Shown here in pieces: positions 25,796 to 39,234 of a stretch of DNA of 55,255 nucleotides (position 1 is the stretch's first letter; every line of letters starts with the position of its first letter). The notes beneath the pieces were generated by a model that was not told where the DNA came from, did no database searches, and saw only the letters and a program-made list of their open reading frames with translations. The stretch lies in the NCBI RefSeq assembly GCF_006345805.1, contig NW_021833752.1:1-55255 (forward strand), read 5' to 3'. Both the position numbers and the translations under genes were made by a program. Source of the DNA: Octopus sinensis (lineage: Eukaryota).

Positions 25796-27041
25796 AGGAC
25801 TGGGCATGCCGTGGTTGATGATGCGCAGACACGCGCTGAGATTGCGACATCTCAGGCTCTACGTAGACGACGGTGAACAGGTGTGGTCGCCGTTTGTGAG
25901 GCACACTTTCCCGCAGCTCGTCTCCATGACCGAACTGCAGTCGTGGATCAAAAAGAGGCCGAGGAAGGGTGAATGGCACCGCGAGTGTCGCGTTGCTCTC
26001 AAGCAACTCTGCCGTCCCGGGTCGACCTTGAGTGACTCCATCACAACCCAAGCATTCTATAGGGGATTAGTGGAGGGGAGGTACGACGACGAGCTCGGGG
26101 CGACCTGGACGTCGACGAGGAATACTTGACCCGCCTGTTCGGGACGACTTTCGGGCCAGGGCCCATGGACAACTTCCAGAGATCCCTGGCCTGGCAGTGC
26201 TACCGAGAAGCGCTACCCGTTCGGGATAAACTCTACAGACACGGCTCGAGAAACACGGAACCGACCTGCTCGAGATGCGGTCGGAGAGACGAAACCGTTC
26301 TGCACGCACTCGTGCAGTGTCCAAGAATTTCCGGCCTGTGGGCTTATGTCGAACAACTGCTGTCACGTGTGGGACGAGTCGGTTTATCAACTGAGTCTAT
26401 CGTCAATATTGTCACGCCTCCTTCCTTCAAACGGGAAGGAAGAGCTATTTTCATCATCCTTGTGGCTATGGCGAAAGAATGTATCTGGTGGACGCGTCTG
26501 AAAGGATTGGAGACAAACACTTTCCTCTCTGGTCAATCTCTCATCAATTTCTTCAAGTACCACTTGAAAAGGAAAGTGAGAGTAGAGAGGCAAGTTTTGT
26601 CTAGCGAATGTTTTAAAAAAAGATGGGTGAATGTAGCAAGGATGGCACGTATGAATGACGAAGCCACCTTGAGCATAATCCTATGAACCCAGAAATTGAA
26701 AACAGAGGGTTAGCCACTTGCAAACAAATGTGGTAACATATAACAATATTGACCGAGGTTACCGTGGTCTTTTTCGTTGGCTTTTCTTCCCACGGATAAA
26801 CCTTATCTGCTTCCCCCTTTACACCGTACATCTTGACACTGTGATACACGATCCCTATTGATCGTTTTTTTTCCTCTTACCCTTTTTCCTCTTTTTTCTT
26901 CTTTTTTCTTTTTTCTTTTCTTTTGTTTCCCTTTTACGATCCCTTTTGATCGAAAACCTTCGCCACTTTTTTTTTTCATCCCCCAAAAGAAAAGCTCTAA
27001 CTTGTAATCTGTGTGCAGCCTTGTGTGGCCAATAAAGAAAC
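25796..27041 (+). mobile_element. 5'-truncated copy of a related Tx1-like LINE (ORF2 C-terminus + 3'UTR)
   Basis: Collinear with about 45303-46490 (GLGMPWLMMRRHALRLRHL; CSRCGRRDETVLHALVQC). Ends AATAAAGAAAC at 27031-27041. TCTA/TCTG repeats lie on both sides. Confidence 0.92.
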
Positions 27042-27728
27042 TTATCTATCTATCTATCTATCTATCTTTCTGTCTGTCTGCCTATCTATTTTTTTATAAT
27101 ATCTACTACTATATCCATAAACATTTTGTTTACCTTGTAGCAGGAAGATTTAGCAATCGAACCCGGATCAATATATCCGAAATTCAGCTCATGGACACGA
27201 TCGTGGTTCACTAAAATATTACCTACGTCAACAAAAAATCTGACCATTCAAGGCTTAACGTGAAATCGGGATCCAACAACTGTCACATGTTTGGCAACCT
27301 TTTTCTGAAAAAAACCCAGCATTATATACTCTGCGGCTTTTAGCCACTAGCAACAGACAAAAAACGGCGGACGGGAGATATCAGACTAGGCACAGAAGAC
27401 AACAGCAGAAGTAGACATTGACCAGAGCGCTGTGATCACTCAAAACAATAGACGGACGGCGACAGGAACACACAATAACCAGCAAACAATTAGCTTTGAA
27501 CTATTTCGATGATTTGTCGTTTGTAGTAATGGCGTTTTTTTCTTAACAATAATAATAAATTTTATCAAAAATATCAAACAGATTTCAACGTTCTTTAATC
27601 TTCAATCTTTTACATCCATGAACTTTTAAAACGTTTATATTCATAAAACTATTACAGAAAATTAAATCTCCTCATAATTCCTGATACTCTACTACTAACG
27701 TTATTACTTTGTTATCTCACTATATATG

Positions 27729-28474
27729 TCATTATTCAGTTTATTTCAAGATTTCTTGCCAATAGAGAAAGAACCGGTTTCTAACCTAGATTCAATGTTC
27801 CTTCATTGGAATTTCAACATCAACAACATAGTATTTTTGTATGTATGTATGTATGTATGTATGTATGTATGTATGTATGTATGTATGTATGTATGTATGT
27901 ATGTGCAGATTTGTATGTTTTATGTATGTATTCTCATGCATATAGTTACATATCTAAAAATGCTCATATATATTTAAATGATAAACTTCAAGAAAGTTTT
28001 ACAGAATTTTACAGTTCCAGTGATGGATTGGATCTGTAGTCTTCGAATTAACTTTCTCCTTTCTGGCCTAATTTCTCAAAATTGGTATTTAGGTAGTGTT
28101 ACATTTCTCGGGGCTCCAATAATTGCAGGTGTAAACCTGAACTTCTAATCTGGATAGAGTAACTGCAGATTTCTCAATAGTTCAGCATAGGTGTTCTCTT
28201 TGTCACTGATCTTCAGCTCTATGTCAACATCCGCTGGGCAGCTAATTTCCACAACTGTGCACAGTTTCTTTTATTTATCCCAAATCATTATATCGGGTCT
28301 GTTGTTCTTACATTTTATTGAGGTCTTCACTGGTGCACTCCACCAGTATTCCTTTTATTATGAGTGGTTATGGCTTCTACCATATTGTGGGTTTTTTATT
28401 TCTTTGTTCTTGGGATTATCCTTCCGACGGATTTCATTATAGAGTGTCCTAGCTACAACGTCATGTCTCATCGG
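27729..28474 (-). mobile_element. 3' fragment of a restriction-like-endonuclease (R4/Dong-like) non-LTR retrotransposon
   Basis: Minus strand reads [11 protein letters not shown]...YWWSAPVKTSIKCKNNRPDIMIWDK..LCTVVEISCPAD...KENTYAEL (RHD, RPD, E-x-S-x-P motifs). The ORF ends LKFII* near 27974 and the 3'UTR ends GAAATAAACTGAATAAT. Confidence 0.8.
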
Positions 28475-28526
28475 TATGTATGTATGTATGTATGTATGTA
28501 TGTATGTATGTATGTATGTATGTATG

Positions 28527-28985
28527 TTGGAAAGAAAGCATCAAAAAGGGCACAATGGAATCTGAACTACAGAGAAGGGAACAGCAGAAGTGTAAAAAAA
28601 ATGCTAGGAAAGGACACCCTGAACCGTTATCGGAATTTCCCCTGGGAAATGAAGTAATTTGTAATCAATGTGAGCGCGTTTGTCTCAATATGGCGGAACT
28701 GAAAGGCCAGCAACGCAATCATCTTACCAAATCGGTTGTGGACTTTACTAAATACGAAATGAAAAGGTGTCAGATTTGTGGAAAGGAGTGTGTCTCCTCA
28801 GGAGGTCTCAAGCGCCAAATGAAAATGCACAACAAGGATGAATCTCAACGTTATTCACACTTGTCAGTTGGGTGGTAAAGAATGTAGATTTGCGACTGGA
28901 CTTAAGAGTCATATACGAGCATCGCATGTGTGGAACTTTCGATCTGGCGATGGCAATACTCGAATGCCAGTTTGCAGCCATCATA
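28527..28985 (+). mobile_element. 3' end of an RTE-clade LINE with degenerate C2H2-type fingers
   Basis: [28 protein letters not shown]...[36 protein letters not shown] resembles the RTE C-terminus (W..I..G..E..R..KR..RK..C..C.R..GL.SH.R), followed by a short 3'UTR. Confidence 0.65.
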
Positions 28986-29173
28986 TATATATTTTATATT
29001 TGCTGCCGTCACACGTCTTTGCCAGATTATACACATTGAAGCCTTACTATAGCGTCGTAAATGTATCAACTGCTATTTCCAATAAACATTGGTGCTTTGT
29101 TGTATCATTACTCTCTCTCTCCCTCTCCTCTCTCTCTCTCTCTATATATATATACATATATATATATACATAC

Positions 29174-29260
<87 letters not shown>

Positions 29261-29889
29261 CATACATACAACCCATATTGAAATCGGATATTAATGTTAT
29301 GTATATAATTGTAACTATAACTAAGAACTAATGATTCCGAAATTAAAGGGAAAATGGTTTTTCAAGATTGGATAAATAACTCATATCTGTATAACCGCAT
29401 CACTGAATTGATTCTTGATCGGTGCCTTTTTGGGGTAAGTACGAAAACCTTTCTTAATTTCTCATGCAACGGTCTCACATTATACTCTTTTTAATAATCT
29501 TTTTAATAAGACAGTTTTAAAACCCCACATTTTATAAACTATAAATTGGCAAGTAATTTACAGACAAATTACAGTGTTAAACAAAGGTTTTTGTTTGTTC
29601 CTTCTCGAGTCATGCCTGGCTCATAAGGGCCGGTTTCCCGGTTTCCTTATAGGTTCCCCACCTGAACGGGACGCCGGTCCGTCGCAGAATTAAACAAACG
29701 TAAGGAAATGAAATTACCACTTATGGATATCTCTAGGTTATGACATATCGTAAAAATGTCGTCTTTATTAAAGTCGACTGTTTGTAGATCAAGAGCATAT
29801 TTCTACATGTTAGTTGTTCCTTTTGTATACGGATGCATTATTTATCTCATAGTACAACGGATCATGTGTGAAGGAAGTGTGAGAGATGA

Positions 29890-30560
29890 TAAATCATACA
29901 CACATTCCTAAACCTGAATCGCAAATATTACTCTTTGGCATTCAAGGAATAATTAAAGAACGTTCACTTCTCTATACAGAGTCAATCTACAGTTAACTCA
30001 TAAAACGAAAAACTGTAGCGTTTTCGACTTGGAGAAACTTGTATATTCAAACAAAATACAGTTCATTCTTGTTTCTGTTACCTTGTCATACTCCTCCAAG
30101 AACTGGCTTTAGTGAGAAAATAGCATATAAAGAGCGGGCGCCACATATCGGTAAGACCAAGAACAGAATAGCTCACAATGGGACTTAGAATTTCATGTCC
30201 CTGTAAATAATCATTTCCTATACATATAAATTCTAAAAGCTCTTAAATAGAAACAAAATTAAGCTAAGCTACAGCTGCCTAGATTGTAGTGCTACCTTGA
30301 TATCACATCCCAGTCTAAGATACTTTCTCTGCTGCAATAATCAGCTTGTTATACATAAGTACACAGAATTATCTGCTTAATGAATCTTGCCTCTACAAGG
30401 CCGTAGTAAATATAGCAAGCACAATACTCGCCGGTGGTGTTGAGAGAAATTATGTGGGACTTACACAAAAAAATTAATGATTAGATACAACGAACATGCA
30501 CATTAACTTAGGAACATATATAAAGCTAAATATACACATTTATGCATTTATATGCCTATT
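29890..30560 (+). mobile_element. Highly decayed Penelope-like element fragment (linker + GIY-YIG)
   Basis: Broken frames read LNRNKIKLSYSCL (about 30243-30281) and CLYKAVV..ERNYVGLTQ..IRYNEH (about 30390-30500), which are typical PLE motifs. Confidence 0.6.
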
Positions 30561-31362
30561 CATCATTTTATATATGTAATATATATTATATATTTATATG
30601 TGTATGTATGTGCAAGAACATAAATTCGTACGTAAACCCATACAGGCACGTATGAATATCTATCTATCCGTCCATCTCTCTCTCTTTCTATATATGTATA
30701 TATATATATATTTATATACGTAGGCATGTGCTTATTTATGTGCTTGCTCGTTGGTATGTGTGTGTGTGCATATGTATGCATGTACTGTAAATAATAAAAA
30801 AAAAAGAAAAAGAAAAAAGAGAGTTTTTTACGGTCAGACACAGACAAATTCAAAGTTTTGGTGCCAGCAGACACTTCATTAGAATATAAGAATGTTCTTG
30901 AAGTCTCCCCTTAACTACGAATGAAACCAACGAAAGTATTCTCCTGTCCACTACCGTTTCCATGGTAACCACGATCGAAGTTATTTTGAATGTTTTATTT
31001 CTTTTTCTCACTTTTTTTTTTAATTATATATTTTCACAAGAATTCGGTATGAAAACAAAAAAAAATAAAATACAAACAAAAAAAGAAAAAAAGAAAAACA
31101 ATATAAAACACAAAAATTTAATTAATTGCTGTCAACTAAAAATAACCAATCACAATGTGAAGAATTATTTCGCGAAGTAAAGGAATAAGAATTATGAGGT
31201 CAAAGATTAGAAAATTTTTGGAAAGAAAGGAACGAGAAAATTAACCAAACAACAGATTTTGGCCAGTGGGTGGGGGTAGCACAAACAAAAGTTTGTATTT
31301 GTATTTATTTTTTTTCATTTTTGTACTCCTAGCAGATCGTATAGAATGTGTGTGTGTGTTTG

Positions 31363-31426
<64 letters not shown>

Positions 31427-31513
31427 GTGTGTGCGTGTGTGTATTAATATACAAATAGACACACACATACGTATGTATTTATATGTAAATATACTGGATT
31501 AAAATATGTATAT

Positions 31514-31562
<49 letters not shown>

Positions 31563-31948
31563 AATAAAATGAATTTGGCAGAAAATGGAGCAGAATAAAT
31601 TATATTCTGCATTTAGCTGTTGCTTTAAATAATTAATTGTTTTATTTCTGTCCTTTTCACAGTTCCAGTCAACTAGTTATAGATTAGAATATGGTTTAAA
31701 CGATTGTAACTTTCCGGTAAATACAATGTATTAAAATGAAAGTCATAAACAATACAGAACTATGACCTTTGATATAATGTCACGGTTTAGTTGTTGTTTT
31801 TGTTGTTGTTGATTATCTCCAGGTCAACTCTTATTGAGAAGAATTACAATCAATGGTATTCCAACCATTACTATTACTATTACTAATGGTATTCCAACCA
31901 TTACTATTACGTCTTTTCACCACCCACACAAAGCACAAAGGCACACAC

Positions 31949-31979
<31 letters not shown>

Positions 31980-32121
31980 TGTATGTATGTATGTATGTAT
32001 GTATGCATTATGTATGTATGTATGTATGTATGTATGTATGTATGTATGTATGCATTATGTATGTATGCCTGTATGTATGTATGGATGTATGTATGTATGT
32101 ATCTATGTATATATATATATA

Positions 32122-33145
32122 CTAGCATTAAACACCCGTCGTTGCCGGGTCATAGTGCTAGTGCATGTATATATGTGTATTTATATATGTGTACATATTA
32201 CATGTACATCTATATATATATACATCTACACATAAAATACAAAATACAAAGTTATATCTTGATATCGCTAGTGATAACAATACTCAAAATATATAACAGA
32301 CTGGAATTGTTAGCCCGTCTCTTGCAATTTCGATCAATTGCATCTTGTCCTCCCTCTTGTATAGAAGTGTGGCTACAATCAAGCCTACCTCTACTTCTGG
32401 TGTGTGTGTGTGGGGGGGGGGGGCATTAAAATTTTTTTTCCGGGACGTCCTACGTCCCAGATATAATGGTAAAAATAGAATATTTCCACTTTGCAAGTTC
32501 GAGTCGAGTACTCCCTTGCACGCTTCGTTGACTCGAACCTTGCTTCTATTGTGGCGAATTTACCGCACCAAGACTCTTTTCGAAGGTGCTTTCCTCCATG
32601 TGTTCAAATCTTCTTTTTTCTCTACATTGTATACTTTATAGACAATAGTCTTTTCTTTAATTTAATTTTTTATTATCCATCTGGACTATTCCATTTCTGC
32701 ACGCTAATTTTATTTTTAATTTATTCCCATTCACGTGAAACCACTTATTCAAGTTCAAATCATTGATGCAATTTTATACCAATTGCTATTTTTACTTTTG
32801 TTATGTTACGATTATATTATACTTTAGTTTGATTTTAATTATTACTTACTACATATAATTCAATTGTTATTATTATTTTTATTGTTAAAGTGAAAGTATC
32901 TGACATAAAATGGAGAAACGTTTTTGTTTCACTTTTAACGTGTAATACTGAAATAGTGGAGAAGATATGATATTGCTATGGGCTCACTCTAGGCAAGAAG
33001 TTGAACATTTTTTTTGCCCATGAAACTACATGGACCCTAAGTAAGGCATGTGTAAAATTTGAATGAAATTGGTTGTGTAGTTCTCAAGTTTTAGGGAAAC
33101 ACACAGACAGACAGACACACATTCTCAATTTTATATATATAAAGA
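32122..33145 (-). mobile_element. Non-autonomous Helitron-type element
   Basis: Minus strand begins A|TCTTTATATATATAAAATTGAGAATGTGTGTCTGTCTGTC. It ends with hairpin CCCGGCAACGACGGG (32135-32149), 9 nt, then CTAG|T. This is the canonical TC...hairpin...CTRR structure in an AT target. Confidence 0.75.
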
Positions 33146-34415
33146 TATATAAGAAAAATAGTGATTAAATAAATCTATGCGAATATTTCTTTAAACACTG
33201 TGAAAATATATCCCGATTATCGAAATTTTCCTGTCGATATTATGGTAATCATTTTACCTTGTTAGTAATTTCTTATGACAGCTACAAATCTTACATCTGA
33301 GGTTGATTGCCAATTAATTTCAGTATATTAGTCTCAAAGTATATTAGAAAAAAAACCCCATAAAGAATGAAGATGTATTATCAAAGAATTATTTTGCTTA
33401 CACTTGTTTCAAATAGTTTAGCACAATCTATTCACTGCTCAATGAGGTTTGCAAGTTTAATCGATATTTCAGCTGATCGATTAATGAATAAAATCTACAG
33501 AGCTGCTAACTGCTAAATTATTCTTGTTCAAATCGTTTTTACTGGCTTTTCTATACATCGAGATTATGTGGAAGGGAGTTGACAAACTATTCATTCAAAT
33601 TAAGATGCAATTCTTGACGAAAAAAGAAACACGCTTTAGCGGTCATTAAACTAATAGCATTTCATAAAAACACCGTTCACGACTACAAGAGGGATACTAA
33701 GCAATAGTATAAAAACGGAAGTCTGGTATGTATGGATTGTCATCCTCCTTTTACATGATACCAATGTATACGGAATTTTGTGAAAATGATATAAGCTTTG
33801 AACAGAATAGTTTAAGAGTCAACAGCTCCATAGTTATCATTATGAATCGTTAAGCACGCCGGATGAAATTCATAGTGGTGTTTCATTCGGCTTTACTGTG
33901 ACAGTTCAAGTTCCACCAAGGTCAACTTTGGTTTCTTTCCTTTCGGCATCGCTAAAATAAGTACTGATTGAGCACTAGTGTTGATGTAGTCGACTAGCCC
34001 CACCACACGCCCAGAATTTCAGGTGTTGTGCTTATAGCAAAAAGGATTATTAAAATTTTGGTTCATAAAGTTATCATTTCTTTTTAAAAAAAAGTCTACA
34101 CCATAGACTTTTTTGTGAGATACTAGATTGATTTTCGACTAAAATCAAATAAAGGAACTTTAATAAGAATGTTGAGAGGATGGTTTTTAACTGGCTTATC
34201 TAACCGAAATATTGATTTCTTTTGCTTAATCTTAAATCATCTCCATACTATTTTATAATCAATAGAATTGAACTGAGTATCATAAAGATCTCTAAGATCT
34301 TATAGATACAAAAATTTTCATCGTCTTTGAAGAATTATAGGTTGATTGATAAATAGATAGTTATACACGCGCACACACACACACACACACACCACACACA
34401 CACACACATATATGT

Positions 34416-34465
<50 letters not shown>

Positions 34466-34736
34466 AAACAATAATTTAGGGTTTAGCAACAAGTTGCTTT
34501 AACACATACCGAAAATTTAGAAATAGCAGCCAAAAGACCGTTATTTCTATTTCCTACAAAATATGTCTCCACAGATAACAATATTTGTGACTCACATAGG
34601 TAAAAACAGTTTTTACTGAATATGGTTCTTTTCCATACTGAAAACTACTTGGTAAATTTAATAATGTATCAAATAAATAATTATTTACCCTATATCTGAT
34701 ATAATGATTATATATATATATATATATGTATATATA

Positions 34737-34813
<77 letters not shown>

Positions 34814-34879
34814 GATGGGAGTGAAAAGCAGTCGACACGTGGGATTTGAGCTCAAAACAGTGAAAACCAAATTAGAACA

Positions 34880-35305
34880 TACTCTTTTACTCTATTACTT
34901 GTTTCAGTCATTTGACTGCAGCCTTGCTGGAGCACCGCCTTTAATCGAGCAAATCGACCCCAGGACTTATTCTTTGTAAGCCTAGTACTTATTCTATCGT
35001 TCCCTTTTGCCGAACCGCTAAGTTACGGGGGACGTAAACACACTAGTATCGGTTGTCAAGCGATGTTGGGGGAACAAACACAGACACAAACATATACACA
35101 CACAGATACACACAAACACACACACATACATATATACATATATACGTGGGCTTCTTTCAGTTTTCGTCTACCAAATTCATTCACAAGGCTTTGGTCGGCC
35201 CGAGGCTATAGTAGAAGACATTTGTCCAAGTGCCATGCAATGAGACTGAACCCGAACCATGTGGTTAGCAAGCAAGCTACTTACCACACAATCACTCCTA
35301 CGCCT
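34880..35305 (-). mobile_element. SINE family B
   Basis: Full homology. An inverted headless partner lies at 35719-36005 (+). Confidence 0.85.
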
Positions 35306-35718
35306 TGTATAACTTCTATAACTTTTATATAAAATAAATAAAATAATTAGAAATTGAGATGCAGATGCATATCAAAACGATCCGATGGGGAAGCCTCTAC
35401 ATGTTCGTTTCAAATGCTAGAAAAATCGGCGAAATTTCATGCTGTGTTGAAAAGATCAAGCACATATTAGGTATTGTTTCTAAACATAAGTACAATGCAT
35501 GAAATTTGAGGGAAAAAGATTTGGTTTGCTCGAAGGCATTAATTCGATTGCGAACGAAGTGAAATAGCTTACAACAAGGAAAGGACGATGTAGAACTTCG
35601 CCCGGCGACTTCATTAAGCAATTGATTTTAAACAAAACGTAAAATGTAATTGAGACTATGTAATAAGCTGCTGTGATAATACAAAATGCCTTTATATCTA
35701 AAAAAAAGACACACACAC

Positions 35719-36005
35719 TTGTGAGTGGATTTGGTAGACGGAAACTGAAAGAAGCCTGTCGTATATATGTATATATATGTATATGTATGTGTGTGTTTGT
35801 GTGTCTGTGTTTGTCCCCCTAGCATTGCTTGACAACCGATGCTGGTGTGTTTACGTCCCCGTTACTTAGCGGTTCGGCAAAGAGACCGATAGAATAAGTA
35901 CTGGGCTTACAAAGAATAAGTCCCGGGGTCGTTTGCTCGACTAAAGGCGGTGCTCCAGCATGGCCGCAGTCAAATGACTGAAACAAGTAAAAGAGTAAAA
36001 GAGTA
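35719..36005 (+). mobile_element. SINE family B, 5'-truncated
   Basis: TTGTGAGTGGATTTGGTAGACGGAAACTG...GACTGAAACAAGTAAAAGAGTAAAAGAGTA. Confidence 0.85.
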
Positions 36006-36718
36006 CACTCATATACACAGATACAGACACACACACACACACACATACACACATACGTGTGTGTATGTGTGAGTGTGTGTAAATATATAGTTAACAACAG
36101 TTATACAGGTAATCTCCAAGTGGCTTTTCGTCAGGATTGCATTTCTTCTTTCTTCTTTTTCCCAGTTTTTCCGCCTTCATTCTTTCCCAATGTTTCTACT
36201 TTACATTCTATTCCAAAGATGTACTACGTGTGGAAAGTCGTAACAATTGACTCTCTCCATTTCCCTAAGTATAAGGCAAAGAATTTTCATCTTCAACTTA
36301 TCCCATCTTATTGTTCTTTGCTCCCTCCACGCACAAAGAAACGCTTACGTCACTGGCAAAACACTATCTTTTAGATAGCATGTTCGCGCAAACACACGGT
36401 TACAAACTCACATATAAGCACACAGACACGCGCGCGCACACACGCACGCACTCACGCACACATACATACATATACACACAAACATAAATATACGCACTTA
36501 CACGCTCTTAAATAAGCACCTTTCCGTGTCTACATTAGTATTCGCAATTAACATCGAATAAAAGAATTCCTGTATGCACGTATACAGATGCACAGATGTA
36601 TTTGTATATGTATGCATGTATGTATGTATGTATGTATGTATGTATGTATGTATGTATGTATGTATGTATGTATGTACGTATGTATGTATGTATGCATGCA
36701 TGTATGTATAAATGTATG

Positions 36719-36754
<36 letters not shown>

Positions 36755-37111
36755 TACATATATATACACACACACGTACACACACACACACACACTCACA
36801 CACACACATATATAAATATATATATGTGGAGGCGCAATGGCCCAATAGTTAGGGCAGCAGATTTGCGGTTGTAGGATTGCAGTTTCGATTCCCAGACCGA
36901 GTGTTGTGAATGTACACGCGTCTGTGGAGTGCTCAGTCACTTGCACATTAATTTCACGAGCAAGCTGTTCTGTCGATCGGATCAACTGGAACCCTCGTCG
37001 TCGTAACCGACGAAGTTCCACGTATGTATATATATATATATATATACTAATACATCTATTTGTTGTCTACACCACCAGTCTTCGTCTTTTGTTTTTTTGT
37101 GAATTCTCCCC

Positions 37112-37152
<41 letters not shown>

Positions 37153-38512
37153 CATTCATTCTTATATTATTGCGGCGTTACGTGCACCCCCCCGTTTGTT
37201 TGTCCAATTTTAAACCCTGCACGACTTCTATACACACTGTCTTTTACTACCCGCCATTGCTTCTTCACCAAACTTTTTTGGCGCCCTCCGATTCTTCCCC
37301 TCTCTTCCTCCCATCCTCCTCCCCTCTTCCTCCCATCCTCCTTAATCCCTTCTTTCTCCTTCTCTCTTGGTCACTGATTCTGTCCCCTGCCTTCCACCCT
37401 CTTTGATTCCCTCTCTCTCTGTCTCTCTTTCTCTCTCTCCTGACCTGCTGCTTCTTCAACCATTCTGTTGGCCTTCGTATCTCGACCAACATGTGTCCCC
37501 GCTACCGAAACGGTAATTATTTCTACGCCAGCTGCTATGTTGTTGTTGTTTTGTCTCATTTGGTCTAAAGTCGTATGACAACCACCGTTATATACATTTT
37601 GTTTTTTCATTACTGTTTTCAATTTCGTTTTCGTCTCTTGTATTCACATCCGTCTTGTGCGTTCACATTCCTGTCTTCTACCAAGAAATCTAATGCTTAC
37701 AGCTTAGTTTTTTTTCTTGGGGCTGGCCGAGTTGGAGCAAATATCAGAATTGAACAGCCGAAATTTGCTATGATGATTCGGTGTCTGACTGAAGATTGAA
37801 GGCTTCGAATGATTTGTCTGTGTTCCGTGTTCGTCCCTTCCTGTATTTCACGTTCATTATATATAAAAACATTCATTCTTATATATATATATATATACAT
37901 ATATATGTATGAGTGTGTGTTTACATTGCTAAGACAATATGTGTGTGTGAGAGAGAGAGAAAATTGCAAACAATGAATGAAATAAACATGAAATGAAAAA
38001 AAATTATATAAATAAATGTTCATTAAAACTACCTTGTACCGAATATTTAAATTTGTGAACTTGAAATATTCAATAATAAAAAGAAATGTTCAGAAAGTAA
38101 ATTTTTTCTGAAAACTACAGTTTATAAAAAAACCTCACTTGCTTATTTCTTTCATTTATTTATCGTAAGTAAATATTTCTTTCAGCAATTTATACATTTT
38201 GCGCGCTAGAAATAGCAGCGATCACATAGTTATTGTTGTAAGCCTTATAGCTTTCCAACTAGCAATACCAACAAAATCACTTCTTAAAATAAAAAAAAAA
38301 AAACCACCGATATATTAAAAAAATTCCGTTTTATCAAAAATAGATCTCAAAGTTATACACCTATTTGGTCTAATAGCATTCATTCATTCATTAAATAATC
38401 GTTTTATAATACGTATATTGAATAAACTATGGCTTTTGAAAATAGCGATTGAAAACTTGAAATGAAAACATTGAAATAAAATTATACTAAATTACCATTA
38501 TTGATAATAGAG

Positions 38513-38606
<94 letters not shown>

Positions 38607-38911
38607 TGAGAGACTGTTGTAAATGAAAACGGAAAATTTCGCCTACAACGAACTCCGCAATGAATGCCACGAATATTTAAGTTTGTGAAAAACTTAAACT
38701 TCAAATATTCAATAAACTTCAGAAATCGAAATTACAGGAAATTTCTTGGAACATAAATTTATAAAAACAATTTCCAGACAGTCAAGACTTTAATAATTGC
38801 TTTCTATTAGAAACTGTTAATTACCCAATTATTAATCAGCTTTCTCCATTATATTATATATATATATTATTTACAAATATGCTTATCTATGTGCATATAT
38901 GTTTGTGTGTG

Positions 38912-38955
<44 letters not shown>

Positions 38956-38956
38956 T

Positions 38957-38996
<40 letters not shown>

Positions 38997-39005
38997 TATA
39001 TATAT

Positions 39006-39036
<31 letters not shown>

Positions 39037-39037
39037 C

Positions 39038-39075
<38 letters not shown>

Positions 39076-39203
39076 CTTAGAAATAAAAATATTTCTATCT
39101 ATCTATCTATATATTTCTATGTATGCGTACATACACACACACATATACATGAGTGCGCGCACATACACAAGCATTTTATGTATGCTGTGTATGTGTGTAT
39201 GTA

Positions 39204-39234
<31 letters not shown>

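Noticed and set aside
28480-28878. Host C2H2 zinc-finger gene
   Set aside because: It lacks TGEKP linkers, has degenerate His ligands, and its upstream sequence fits an RTE C-terminus.
31852-31910. Short local tandem duplications (33 bp here; 39 bp near 48165; 18 bp near 49030; 24 bp near 54980)
   Set aside because: These look like ordinary slippage duplications with no further structure.
34612-34665. Possible hammerhead (CTGAATATGG..CCATACTGAAAA) in a TA-flanked insert
   Set aside because: The core and helices I/III are too degenerate to support a call.
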